Source of the DNA: the human T2T-CHM13v2.0 reference genome, Homo sapiens
Length of the DNA: 64,000 bases
Direction: 5' to 3' (one strand)
NCBI RefSeq assembly: GCF_009914755.1
Contig: NC_060934.1
The notes beneath the pieces were generated by a model. The model was not told the DNA's origin. It ran no database searches and was given only the letters and a program-made list of their open reading frames with translations. This document shows, one piece after another, positions 41,935 through 57,015 of the stretch (position 1 is its first letter; each line of letters begins with the position of its first letter). The position numbers were made by a program, and so were the translations under genes.

Positions 41935-42190
41935 TGAAGAGGTGTCGCGGTCTAGAGTAATACCAAGGTTTGTCATCTCATGCCAAGGAAATCGAGTACG
42001 CGGACACAAAAAGTGGGTTTAGGAATGGAGGTTTAATAGGCAAAAGAAAGAGAAGGGAAAACAGCTCCCTCTCTTCCAAGAGAGAAGGGCACCGAAGTGG
42101 GAATTCCAGCCCACCCCAGGGTGCACTGGATTTTATAGACTGGCTTCAGGAGGCAGTATCAGATTTACACAGGGCCCACAGATTGGCTGG
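41935..42190 (-). mobile_element. ERV1 MER4-group LTR 3' fragment
   Basis: Reverse complement aligns by eye with the 3' part of the 1346-2019 LTR (ccaatc...tgtaaatc...actgcctcc...cttca). Confidence 0.7.
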
Positions 42191-42403
42191 AGCTTCCCCA
42201 AGCTCCCTCCTTCACCACTTACATCACGTAACCTATGTTGCTGTGCATAGTTATTTATTAACCTGCCTATGCAGCCCACCAAGTTGCATATGCTTTAGCA
42301 GAATTAAGCTTTCTATATCTTATGTGCCCTGCAGTGCCCTGAAGATGTTGATTTCAATAAAGGTTTGCTGAATTAACAAACACATGCGTACTATGGACAG
42401 ACA

Positions 42404-42528
42404 CTACTTGGGAGGCTGAGGCAGGAGGATCGCTGGACTCCAGGAGTTCAAGGCTGCAGTGAGCTATGATCATACCCCTGCACTCCAGCCTGAGTGACAG
42501 AGCAAGATTCTGTCTCTTAAAAAAAAAA
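42404..42528 (+). mobile_element. 5'-truncated AluJ
   Basis: TSD ggacagaca on both sides. Confidence 0.88.
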
Positions 42529-42950
42529 GGACAGACAATGCATAACCCAAAAGAATGAAAAGAAAGATCTCTAATGGGAATTCAATGTCGATGACACCTG
42601 AGTGCTGTAAAGAAGGACTTTTTATTTGTTTGTACCTAGAAGTATTTTCTTGTGGATCCCATCAGTTTCTGCAGACATGCATAAATTTTTAAGCATTCTT
42701 TGAAAGGGACTTGAGGGACATAAACAACAAAAATACTGAAATCACTCTTTGCTTCCTGGGATATAAAACATAAACATAACTGATTTTCTCTGTTCTTCTT
42801 TTATGTTGAAATTTGACATTTTATGATCCGTAATCACAAATCACAGTACAGCATAATTTGTCTTCTTCTACCGCTAACTTGAATTGCCAGCAATGCAAGA
42901 AATTTCCCAACCATCCGGCCTACCAGAATCATTATAAACTTTTATGACAT

Positions 42951-43267
42951 GGCCAGGCGCGGTGGCTCACACCTGTAATCCCAGCACTTTGGGAGGCCGA
43001 GGTGGGCAGATCAGGAGATCGAGACCATCCTGGCTGACACGGTGAAACCCCATCTCTACTAAAAAAAAAAAATACAAAAAAATTAGCCGGGCCTGGTGGC
43101 ACATGCCTGTAGTCCTAGCTACTTGGGAGGCTGAGGCAGGAGAATGGTGTGAACCCAGGAGGCGGAGCTTGCAGTGAGCCAAGATCGTGCCACTGTACTC
43201 CAGCCTGGGTGACAGAGCAAGACTCCGTCTCAAACATAAATAAATAATAAAAATAAAAAATAAAAAA
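42951..43267 (+). mobile_element. AluY-like with small left-arm deletion
   Basis: gagaatggtgtgaacc, ggagcttgc; TSD aaactt[t/a]atgaca. Confidence 0.9.
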
Positions 43268-45679
43268 CTTTAATGACAGAAAATTCTTTCTAGATCACCT
43301 TTTGTCCCTTCATGATTCTTGTGTCAATATATAGTCTTAATCTGTTACCATCACATTGTTATAGATGGCTTCAAATCCTTATTCTAAAAAAAAAAAAAAA
43401 TTAGAGAAAATTATTCCTGTTTGTCCAAAGCTTTATAAATGCAAATTGGCATATGAAGTACAGAGATTTTTTCTTTTCTTGAGAAGGCTCCTTCTGCTTT
43501 ATACACACATGAGATCTCATTCTTAATTAGGTTTTAGCACGTGAACAAATTTTCCCTTATATAAACAAAGTTAATAGATGATAGATAGATCAGACAGGTA
43601 GGGAAGCAAACACACATGTTTGGAAGAGAGGATTAACATAAATTATGATTCAGTGTATATTCATTATATCAAGGCAAAATTCCAATTAATCTAGGAAAAT
43701 GCCTTACAGGTGGTGAGATATAACTTAGGCATGAAAAAAATGGAAGGCAAAAGACTGACCAGATGGAAGTTATCCAGGCAAAAAGAGAGGCCTTCTTGAA
43801 GGGTCAAGGAGGGAAGAGTGACCAGCTCTGAAGCCAGGTGAGTGGGTGATGACAGATGGGTACCACGAGGGAAAGCAAGCCAAACAGTTTTAGTCTTAAT
43901 CATTTTAACTCAATTATGTGTATTAAGATCATTAAAGATTCATGCCGGTGAGTAAGGATTCAATTACTATAGACATTATGTCATTCATTTTGCTAGCACT
44001 TCCAGTAGAAATAATGTTTATATATCATGACATATGTGCAATTATGGACAAATATAATTTATTCGCATACAAAAAAATCCCTATAGCTTAGTAGTAAATT
44101 ATATTTATGATTTAGCTATCATAATCATGAATGTAACTGTACACAGAGAGAGAGAGAAGGGAGAGGGCTGTGGGGAGATCCCACAGATACTCATGCGGGT
44201 AGGCTGAGATCCCTTCTGTCGAAAGATATAGAAAGTCATGTTACAGGTAATTCATAAGAAATTAACTATGTTTTGGTTTTGTTTGGTTGGATTCTTGTAC
44301 TGAAGTTTCTTCACAACAGAATGATATATTTCCCAACACTTCACCATTTAAGAAGACAATCCAAAGCCTTTGAGCCTTAGAAATCAGGACTTACCTTATC
44401 TGAAAGGAGTGAACAGATTCTGTTTTCAAAAGTGTAGGCTACCAAGGGGAGATAAGAGACTTGCTGAAAAAGAGGAGAGCTCTGAGAACTGGAAGACAGG
44501 AAACTGGCCCAGCCCAGGAGGTGGTAGGAATTCCTCAAGACAGGGAGGAGGGAAAGGGATAGTGCTGTCCACAAGTGCTAGGAACTTGCCCTCCGTCTCC
44601 ACAAGGCTGCCTGGAGATGGGATGGCAGGGGGGCTGGACAAAAAACCCATAGCATTATGAGCTGCAGCAAGGGTTCCCTCTTGCCTGGTCCAGGCAAGAT
44701 CTCAGTGAGGAGCTTCCTGCAACCAGTGTGGCTGTCTAGAAATCAGGACAGCAAGGGCTCCATGTGCCAGATGCAGCCATGGCAACACTGGTGTACCTGT
44801 CAGGGTGCTATGATTGTAAGCAAACAATGCTGGCCACCAAAAGAGGATAAATAAGGAGTATTTCACAGAATCAAGGAGAAAACTGGAAACCAGGCCTCAG
44901 AAAAGAAATAATAAGAACAGTTCAGGAGATCTAGATAACCAGCCATCTCCACTCTCCTGGGGACTCCACTGTGACAAAGCATTGGGTTCCACCCGTTTTC
45001 TGTCCAGATGTCAAGAACACAGCTCCAGTTCAAACTCCCAGAAAACTGAGCGTGATTGGCTTGGCTGGGTTGGTCACCCACCTATTGGCCCAGTAGGGCA
45101 GGACACTTAATTGACAATCCCACTAAGCTATATACAATTGGGGAGGAATCATTTCCCAGATGAACATGAGGAGCTGCTGGCTAAAAGAAGGGAGCATGCT
45201 GGCAAAAATGCAGGTGTCCACTACAGATGGTGACCACTGTGAGCCAAAGGAACAGCCTCTTCCAATTTTTCCCATACTCACACAAGACCCAGGATTTTTA
45301 CATAACCCGTTGTCAAATAGGGTAGCCTCCTGAGGACAGCTATTTGTGATTTATGATAATAATGGCACCTTGAGCTAGTTTTAACCTGATTTCATAAAAC
45401 AATGAGGCATTGCTTGTGCTTGGGCTTTGTGGGGAAAATTCATTCCTACTGTAGCTGCTAGTGATCTTCTGTTTGTTTCTTCACATCCACTTTCTACCCT
45501 TCATTGATACCCAGAGGCTGACCTATGTGGGGTGCATACAGGTTCCCTGGCCCTCTGTTTTCTGACTGGGTTGGCTTATTCAGGGGAGGTAACAGCTTCA
45601 TCTTATTGAAGAGGACTTCATTGCCTCTTGTTGGTATCCCTAACCTCCCCACCATCCCCCCAGCCCCCTACTTTACAAA

Positions 45680-46599
45680 AAGTCCCTCTGGGAGTTTAAC
45701 TTGGTCATACTCCCTTGCTACAAAACTCCAGTGCAGTAGCCTCCCTTGAATAGTCTTCCTTTCCATATTGAACAGGTGTCATGAAAAGTTATTATTTAAC
45801 AGTTACGGCACCTGCGATTTGGACAGAATCAGATTCATCGCCGGATTCCCAGACCCCTCTCTCAGAACTCCAAATATGCACCTTTGAAGCCTTTGTGTTC
45901 ACTCCTGGTCAATTGATTGGAAATCTGTTTGTGAGTCTGACTGCTGAGCCAGTAATCTCGAAGGCAGCCCACTGAAGTACAAGATTCCTGTCATAAAATG
46001 CCTGACGGCTCACACTATTCACCGAATATCCTCTACTATCAAGTCCCAACAGATGGGCTGCCTGATCCATAATGAATGAACCACAGTTGAATGAGAAAAT
46101 TGACTTACATTGTTCAAAGGAAAGAAGACTGTCTTTTCTTGAATGAGGAGGAGGACTGGTCAAAAAAGACTATCTTTTTAACCTAACTCTAGTCAGGCTC
46201 CTCTAAGCCCTCAGGGACCCTGAACTGGGACTCTGTCCTTCTGTTTTGTCCAGGTTCAGCAAGAATCCTGCTGCATTTGTTTAGCAAAAATCTCCATGGT
46301 TGATATCTGATCAATTGCTCATCCCCCACCCTCAATATTGAATCACACTGGCCCATCTTCAGCAAGAATCCTGTTGAGTGGATTTAGCAAGAATCCCCTA
46401 TTCTTGATGTTTTCTCTTAGTAATTTTCCATCCACTGACCCCATCCTGTTCCTTGGCTGGAAATATCCACTTGCCCTTGTTGTATTTGGAGTTGAGTTTG
46501 ATTTTCTACCAACTACAAAACTCCACTGTAGTAGACCCTTTTGACTTGAATAAAATCTTCCTTGCCATCTTAAAATTTTGATTTTGATTTTGATTAACA
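45680..46599 (+). mobile_element. Collapsed ERV1 (MER31/MER67-like): LTR 3' remnant, ~355-bp internal part, PPT, MER31-like LTR (46157-46599)
   Basis: Both LTR ends share tacaaaactcca...gaata...cttcctt...ttaaca; purine tract gaggaggagga precedes 46157; repeated agcaagaatcc words. Confidence 0.6.
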
Positions 46600-48382
46600 C
46601 TCTGTAATGACTCCATTGGAGTATTCCATCTGTCTCTTGCCAGGACCCTAAGTGATACAGTAAAAAGCAAATTCAGGTCGAGTAATCAGAAAACCAATGA
46701 CCAATGTGACTCAACCAATCACACCCCGTTGTCCAAGTATGTGCCCATCTCTCCTTTTCCCAAGAGTAAATATGATCAGGGCAGCTGTGAATCGGTGTTT
46801 AGCAAAGAGCTCAGGAAGGCCAGGGAGCAGCTTTCAGTGCAGCTTGTTTTCAGGAGAGCCTGGAGCCAACAGTCATAGGAGTCCCTAAAACTCCCCAGCT
46901 CCTTACATCAAAGCAATGAAAATGCAGGGTGAGCTCAGCTCACCTGACACCCCAAAAAGGGCGAGATGGCTGCTGGGTTTGGGCACTACTGCACCTTCAT
47001 GCTCTTCTGCACCACATAACACGGGGCCATTGCAAGAGCACCTTGCCACCCCACTGGCTGCCAAAGGCTGTGTCAGGGCCACCTTTGAAGGTTTGTGCCC
47101 AGTTGCAATAGTGGAAGAGGGTGGCTAGGCCACACACATTACATATGTGAGAGTCTGTGCTAGTGCCAATTAGCAGCATGTGTTGTTGACCCTCTTTCAA
47201 AGTATGCAACAGTCAGTAGCATCAGGAGAGAGAAGGTGGAGCCAATCAGAGGTAGATTCAGACGCAGAATATCATGCAGTGTTATTGTTAGACAGAGCTG
47301 CAGCCTGTCCCAGGAATAGAACCTTGAGAACAAAAGCCATAGCAGAGGGATGTGGTGCTTAGAGGTTTAAAGAATCGCCTTTTGCCTCTAATATGCTGGG
47401 AAGACAGATGCAACTGCTGTCTCGTAGCTTCTCCTACAGGTTGGAAAAATAGCTGCTATAAATTGCCCCAGGCTTTTAAGTCAGAGCTCTAATGTAACCT
47501 TCATAGCCTTCACAAAGAAAAGAGCATGAAAGAGTTAAATCTCAAACTCCAAAACTGCTAGACAAAGAGAGAGAGGCAGAACTTAATGATATGCCAAAAG
47601 TAGAAACTATGGAGAACTCTAAAGAAATGAGGGTGTCTAAATTCACCTGGAGGGTTTTCTCCTCTAGAAAAAGGCCAGGGCAGGAGAGAAATGTCCTCCC
47701 ACCTCTGGCAGATGCTAAGCCTAGCTGACTTGACATCCAATCCTGTTTCTTTGAGTGCCTTGCGCTACTACAGAGACTCAAGTGTCAAAAACATTCCTCA
47801 GACTCTCCTGCATCTAGAGTCCTGCATATGATATAGGTTCAACCAATTCAGTGCATCCATGACAGACATAAACGCAGTGCTAGTTACAAGGAGAAACGGG
47901 AGGTGGGGAGCAACCACGGTGCTGGCTCAGATCATGGTAGAGGCAGGATGGCTCTGCAGTCAGGAGTTTCCTGGGTTGTGTTTAGCCTGTGGCAGAAGCA
48001 GCGATGTTCCCAGTCTCCCAGGATTTACATATACGTGTAAGGGTGGGGCATGGTGGGTAGGGTATCAGGCTCAGTTGCAGAAAACAAACTTTTCTAACTG
48101 GTTTAAGCAGAAAGAGATTTGACATCAGAATATAAGTGGCTTACAAAAAAATACTTGGGAGGAGTAGAGGAGCAAATCCCATGCCAAGTTCTCAGGACAT
48201 TTTCCTGAGTCATGAAACCACACATTGTAATAAATGACATGGAAATTACAGCACAGGACCTAAAGAGAAATAAGAGACAAGAAAAGAACCAAGAGCTCCA
48301 CATCATATAGTCCTTGCATTGGTTTCTCATGGTTGCGATAATGAAGTACTACAGACTGGGTAGTTTAAAAAAACAGGTATTT

Positions 48383-49650
<1,268 letters not shown>

Positions 49651-50925
49651 AAGGTCCAATTGAGTTCAGCAAACAAATACTCACAGAGAACTTACTATGC
49701 ACCCCTTGTGGACACAAGTGTGACAAAGACCTGGCCTCTGTCTTTTAGGATCCCTGGTCTAGTGTAGAAGGAAGAACAGCCCCTGAATTAGGCCAATTGG
49801 TTGCATTCATTTTCTCCAGGACCAAAATTTCTTTTGGACCCACAGGAATGCATAATTCCCTCTCTCACTTTATGAACTCCTCCTGCTCACTGGCATAACT
49901 GCCCATTGAATGATTCTTTAGCACTTTATTATTTGTGTGCAACAAAATCTCCGATATGCCACCATCCCATGTACACCACACAGCCTGGGCTCTGCACACA
50001 GGGGCCAAGTATGGAGCGCTGGTTTGAGATCCACAGTCCATATAGCCTCTGTTGCCTGTTTCCCTTCTAGGCTGCCCGAAAACCAGAACTGAAAGCCATA
50101 GGGGAGAAGTGATTCACCCTAGAGCGTCAGGGGCCTCCAGAGGCTGAGTTGCCTACAGGAAAGCTGGACTGCCCCCCAGGAAGGCTGACCACCTCATTTG
50201 GGTCACTGGCCTGGTTTTTTGGCAGAACTTTGCTTGCCCTCAAATTCTAATTGCAAAAGAAATGCTCTAAGCTGCCACTCAAATCATCTGTATCCGCGAG
50301 AGGAGCCACCCTTCTGGGCCAGACTAATTGGATTTGTCTTTATTGCGGTCATTACCAAGGGCTATTGGAAGCTACATAAGTCAACATGTTCCAACTTGCT
50401 ATATCCACCTCCAGCTCAGAGCAGGTGTTTTAAAAAGCAACTGTCTGAAATTATGTGCAATGAATTAATGACTCCTTTGTCTCTGCAACAGAGTTGCTGT
50501 GGACTAAGGCAGTGAGTGACAGGACCGGACTTGCAAACTGAAATACACGATTTAAAAAAAAAAAAAAAAAAAAAAAAGTTTTAAAATGGGATTCACCATA
50601 ACCATGCTGTTGGCACGGAGCTTCCCATTGGGATTTAAGTTGTACTTTACTTTTCAAACAGCATGCTTATTCTGAAAGGAGAGTCTGACCTATTTTACAG
50701 GAGAGGTGGGCCACTGCACCAGCCAGCTTGCTTGTAGTCAGGTTCGAAGCCATCTGGATCTCACAGGGTTTCATCAATGCTGGCAGAGCCTGAGCTCTGC
50801 CAGATGTCAACAGTATCTTACTTTTTTTTCTGAAGAAGTTCACTTTCTGTACCACCTGCGTTTGGTACAATACACTGAGACTCTCCACTAAAATGTCAAA
50901 CTATTTCAGACTCCTATTTATTCAC

Positions 50926-51358
50926 TGTCTTAGTCCATTTTGTGCTGCTATTACAGAATACCTGAAACGGGGTAATTTATGGAGAACAGAGATTTATTTC
51001 TTATAGTTCTGGAGGCTGGTCAATGGGCTGGCATCTGGTGAGAACCTTCTTGCTACATCATCTCATCGCAGAAGGTGGAAGGGCAAGAGGGCACATATGC
51101 CCAAGAAAATGTGTGCACACACAAAACAGTGGGAGAGAGAAAGAGAGATAGACAACTAGAGAGAGGAAAAGGGGACCAAGCTCATCCTTTTATCAGGAAC
51201 TCATTCCCATGATCTACCATGATAATGGCATTAATCTGTCATATGTGCAGAGCCCTCATGAGCTAATCACCTCTTAACAGTCCCAGCTCTCAACACCACT
51301 GCATTGGGGATTAAGCTTCCAACACATAAACTTTGGGAAATCCATACAAACCATAGCA
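50926..51358 (-). mobile_element. MST (B/D-like) MaLR LTR
   Basis: tgtcttagtccattttgtgctgctat...aaaccatagca on +. Confidence 0.85.
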
Positions 51359-51879
51359 TCTGCCTCCCACCCACATCTTGGCTCTTCAATGTCAAGGTAT
51401 GTTGGTTGTGAAGGGAATATAAATGCACTCATAGTATAAACACAGGAAAACATGTCTCTCCTTTCATTCCAAGACTTACTGGAATTGTGTCAAGCTTCTT
51501 ATGGTCAGAGATGAGGACTTCTCTTTATTTTGTCATTCTTCTGCTCCCATAAGCCCAAATAACAGTGAAATGTTAAGAACCTAGACATCTTCCAATAAAT
51601 GCCCACTGACTGTCTTGCTCTCAGCAATGGCTGGTTTCTCTGCTGATCTTCAGCTGGGTCCCACCCAGCTTGGGAGATGCCAGAAGGATGGCTGCAGAAA
51701 AGCAATCTCCCTCCACAGTGACTGTCACACTGCTGCTGCTGTCACCATTTATATTTCTATCACCACCACCACGGCTGGGGAGCTGCCATGCCAGATGATG
51801 TCAGAGCACTTTACGAACATGCCACATTTACACCTCAGGGTATACAGCCACATTCCCAAACGTTTTTTAATCTCAGTAT

Positions 51880-52250
51880 GAAAATCTGAAGATGTGCCGT
51901 CACAGAAATTAAAACTGATAATTTTTTAAATAGTTACTTATTAATTTAACATAATAACAAAACCCGACATTATCCAAATAACTATAATTTTTAATCCAAG
52001 CACACTTCACTGAAAAGGGTGGCATGGTTTTACATTTTTGCAAAAAACTCTTAAATGTCTAGCTGAAAAGAAAACAGCTGGCATTCTCATATCTGCTTCT
52101 ACATTCAATCAGTTGAGTTATCACACATCATGTAGCCTCTGGAAAATGCCACCACACACTTGTGGGAGAATGAGAATGATGAGAATGACAAAGGAAAATA
52201 TGCCTTGTATGATTGTCCAGAATAGTTTTGGCCTTTCAGATCCCCTAAGA
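51880..52250. mobile_element. Charlie1-type hAT DNA transposon fragment
   Basis: ttttacatttttgcaaa...cagctggcattctcatatctgcttctacattcaatc. Confidence 0.65.
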
Positions 52251-52459
52251 ATAGCCAGTATAGATGTGGTAGTTATGACTAAAGTACGGTGGTTGATTTC
52301 TGGCTCCAATATCTCACTGCCCTGGCTCAAAATGTACCATACACTAGCTATGTACCTTTTCCTCTCTGCCTCAATTTCTCCAGGCATTCTTTCAATCAGA
52401 AAATGTATATTGAGCACCCATTGTGGGTCACATATAGTTCTAGGTCCTGGAAATACACC

Positions 52460-52785
52460 ATTGAGTGTTTCTGTCTCTGCAAAATTCCTGTGTTGAGGTT
52501 TCAACCCCCAGTGTGATAGTATTTGGAGGTGGGCCTTTGACAGGTATTTAGGTCGTGAAGGTAGAGCCCTCACAAATGGGATTAGCCCCTTAAAAAAAAA
52601 ATGGACTCCAGAGAGCGTTCTTGCTGTCCTTCCACCAAGTGAAGATACAAGAAGACGATCAACTGCCCTCCCCAGAACCCAACCATGCTGGCACACTGAT
52701 CTTAGACTTCCAGCCTCTAGAACCATGAAAAATAAATCCACCCAGTCTACAGTACTTTATTATAGCAGCCTAAATGGGCTACAGC
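52460..52785 (+). mobile_element. MLT1A-type MaLR LTR
   Basis: gtatttggaggtgggcctt...gagccctcacaaatgggattag...gacttccagcctc...tatagcagcc. Confidence 0.8.
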
Positions 52786-53654
52786 ACTGAGCAAAGCAGA
52801 CAGCCCTTGTTCTGAGGGAGCTGATATTCTAAAGGAGGGATAATAAAAGTTCCTAAATCATTGCAAAGACTCACCAGGGAATTCATGTAAAGTGTTTTGC
52901 ATATAATCATGCTAGCTATCATGATTATACCTATTTTATAGATGAAGAAATTCAGACAGAGAAGTTAAACAACATGTCCAGGGTCACAGTGGTACAAAGC
53001 AACAGCCAGGATTTGAACCCAAGTCTTAACCACAAGACCTTCTACCAGTTTCCAGTCTCCTCTTGGCTGTCATAAGGTGCAAGTGTGAGGACAAGACAAT
53101 GTGGCTAAGGAAGGATGATCTTTGCAAGAGCACCCTCATAGAAGGGCAGATGGCTAGCACCTTCTCAAATGTAACTAAGAGAACATGACAAATGCATCAA
53201 TGTTACATTTTAAGATCCACTCTCCCCCAAAAGCTGTGATTCCACCTAAATCTTAGGATGCTCAAACTGTAAAAGATCTTAGACATACTCATACCACATC
53301 CAAATGTAGCAGATGAGTCAGAGGAGGCTCCAACTGAGATACTTTCAAAAAATTAGATATGCATGCTTTCTACATGTTTGCTTTTCCTGCAAAACCCAGT
53401 AGCTACTCAAGAGGCTACCAAGAACCCAGCCGGGGCTGCAGAAGCTAAGGTGGGGCCCAGCAGACAGCATGCATCTCAGGCTCTGACATCATGACAGACT
53501 GGAAGCCCCCATCTCTCTGCAGCAGCCACAGTTGGCCACTCACGTTCTCTTAAAACATTCTCACCCTCTCTCCTGGTAGCTTCCCTCCCACCTTTCTGAT
53601 CTTTCTTTCCAGGGTCCTCTTCATGGACACTTACATGCAGTATTCATGCGTCAT

Positions 53655-53983
53655 TTTTAAATTTTTCAAAGAGACAGGGTCTCACTCTGTTGCCCAGGCT
53701 GGAGTGCAGTGGTTTAATCACTGCTCACTGCAGCCTTGACCTCCCAGGCTCAAGTGGTTTAATCACTGCTCACTGCAGCCTTCACCCTTACATCTCAGCC
53801 TCCTAAGTAGCTGGGACTATAGGTGGCACATGCCACCATGCCTGCCTAATGTTTTTATTTTTTGTAGAGACAGGATCTCACTATGCTTCCCAGGCTGATC
53901 TCAAACTCCTGGGCGCAAATCATCTTCCTGCTTCTGTCTCCAAAAGCGCTAGGATTACAGGCATGAGCCACTATGCCCAGCCC
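53655..53983 (-). mobile_element. AluJ with internal 30-bp duplication
   Basis: Reverse Alu with J diagnostics. Confidence 0.88.
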
Positions 53984-55316
53984 ACATAGGGCTTTCACAT
54001 TATATCTGATGACTCCAAGTCTCTCTCTGCAGCCTCAACCTCTCCATGCACTTGAGGTTTGAGTAGCCAACAGGTGACACACATTTCCCCTTGGGTGCCC
54101 CACAGGCACCTGGTGATAGCCAAGGTCCCTCATAAACCTCTCAGGTGTCAAGGCCAGAGAAATGTCACCCCCTCAATATCGTTCAAATCTGTCCAGATGC
54201 CTGAAACTACCCTCCAGTTTGGGACTTCTCCACTCACATGAACTATCGTGATTGCCTTCTAACTGCAGCCCCCAACCAGTCACTCTTTGTTGTATGAACA
54301 CCTAACAAGGGCCTACGACATGCCAGGCATGAGGCTCAGGGCACAAAAGTACCCAATCTTGTCTCCTTTAAATTCACCATTCACACTGTAAGCAGAGGTT
54401 TCTAGTCTCAGCCCTTTTCTACTTAGGTACTACAGGAAACTGGCTTGGTGTGTGAGTTTTCGAGACAGACCTGGGTAAACATTCTGGTTGTTCTATTTGT
54501 CACCTGCATAACTTGGAGAAAGTTGGTTTCTTGGTACTTTGGTTTTCTCCCTTGTAAAATGGAGAACAATAATTCCTAACTATAAGGTTATTTCCAAAAT
54601 TCAGTAGGTCTGTGAAGCATCCAGTGCACTAGATAGCACATAGCAAGTTCTCATGAAGGGGTAATTATTGATGGCTATGTAAAGTACTTACAGAGCATGC
54701 CAACATCAACAGTCTTCGGTGTTCCCCACAGTGGCACCCAAGGCTGCTGCTGCTGCGTTCTGAGCCTCAGTGCCTCCCTCCCATCCCCTGTTAATCGTAG
54801 TTCCTGCTCAACTCCATGGCACTGCCTCGGCAGTCTCTCCTCCTGGAATACACTCGCCTCTTCTTTGTCATCCGTCAGCTGTCTCCCAGGAAGCCTCTTC
54901 CAGTGCCCCAGGTGGGCCAGACACTGCTCCCTGGCAATGTTGAGCCTGCACACGAGGTACAGCTGCAACAAATGTGGTCAAAGTCAAAAGGCCAGCACAC
55001 CTATGCTTTCACCCTGGTACAGAGCTGCTGCCCAGGCCCATCGTGTGCCCCCATCCTAACCACTCTGGGCTTCCTTTCCCCACAAGGTCTATTCAGCTGG
55101 AGTGGGCTGGATAGTGGAAGGAAGAGGACTGCCCTGGTGACAATTCTGGCACCCTGGTAGGCAAATGACCAGTGCCCCCACGGCTCCTGAGGACATGACC
55201 ACCCGCTGCCAGCCAGGGCTGCCCCAGTGTCGCCTCTACCTGTCTCCTCATGGGAATGACAGCCTCCGCAGAACACCATACAGGCTGACATATGTCTGGG
55301 CTGCCATCGCCTAGTG

Positions 55317-55515
55317 CTCTAGGGCTCATCATTAAGTCATCAAATCTTTCCCTGCCGAAACTCATATATCTAAATGCTGAAATATTTCCTGTTTCATTAA
55401 CTCCAGTAAACAGCTGATTTTCCCCAGAGTCGACGTTCAGCCAGTGGTATGCCCCATGGCCTAGCTGATCAGCTGTCCCGGGGCACACTGTCACCTGCAG
55501 AGGCCCACGTTCCCA
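55317..55515 (+). repeat. Local direct repeat A, copy 1 (~199 bp)
   Basis: Ungapped match to 56477-56675, about 14 mismatches by hand. Confidence 0.95.
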
Positions 55516-55954
55516 GCCAGGATAGCTGTCAACAATCGCTACCGTCACCACCTATACCTCTCCACTCATGGCTCTATCCAATCACCGCTTGTCACCCTGA
55601 ACTTGCCTGTCCGCTTTCCTCTGACACACCATTGTGTAAGAGGGGCCAAGATGAGGAGGGTGTTTAATGTATCTTTATACCCCCAGCACCAAGCCCAGCC
55701 TGGCACATCACAGCACCAGGTGAAATGCTGAGTTCTCTGCAGATTGGCCCAGTTCTCCTCCCGACCTCAGGAAGTGGAGAGTTGGCTGTAGAGATTCCAG
55801 AGGCAGATTAGGAAATGGCACTCAGAGCTGAGGAGGTCAGACAGAGCTGCCAATGAACCCAGCTTCTCCTCTGACACTTTCTAAAGACAGAAGACCCTGC
55901 TAGAGAGGATGACAGCCACCTCTGGTCAATGGAGGCTTCTGGAGGTACCACTCA

Positions 55955-56341
<387 letters not shown>

Positions 56342-56476
56342 TCATCTGCCACTGAACATCCTCTATCCCAACCAATTTAAATAATACCGGCTCCAAGCTT
56401 GTTGGCATACTCCATTTGAATAGCTCAGCCTACTATTTTAGATGTAGATAGAGATATCTGCTGTTTTCAAATTAGC

Positions 56477-56675
56477 CTCTAGCACTCATCATTAAGTCAT
56501 CAAATCTTTCCCTGCCAAAACTCATATACCCAAATGCTGAAATATTTCCTGTTTTATTATCTCCAGTAAACAGCTGATTTTCCCCAGAGTCGACGTTCAG
56601 CCGATGATGTGCCCCATGGCCTAGCTGATCAGCTGTCCCAGGGCGCATTGTCACCTGCAGAGGCCCACGTTCCCA
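56477..56675 (+). repeat. Local direct repeat A, copy 2
   Basis: See copy 1; offset 1160. Confidence 0.95.
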
Positions 56676-56789
56676 CCTATGTCAACAACTGCTGTTCCCC
56701 ATGGGCAACCTGCATCTGGCAAAATAATACTTGGGGAGAGTGGAATAGACAAGTTGTTTGCTATTCACTTGGCCTCTGCTGTAACACAG

Positions 56790-57015
56790 CAGGGAGGAAA
56801 GGCTTTGGCTCCAGAAATCCCAGGGTTCAACTCCTAGCCCTATTATTTACCATCTGTGTGACCTCAGGCAAGTTGCTTAACCTCTCTGAACTTGTTTTCT
56901 CTTCTGCAAAACCTGGGCTAATCATACCCACCTCACTGAGTTTTGGGTGTGAACATGGAAGGAGTTAATATGTACTAAGTGCTTGGTGTCTATTCAGCCT
57001 TAGATAAATGCTAGC
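56790..57015 (+). mobile_element. MIR
   Basis: ctgtgtgacctcaggcaagttgcttaacctctctgaac. Confidence 0.8.

Noticed and set aside
52121-52741. 206-aa minus-strand ORF
   Set aside because: Runs across an MLT1A LTR and a Charlie1 fragment; no coding signature.
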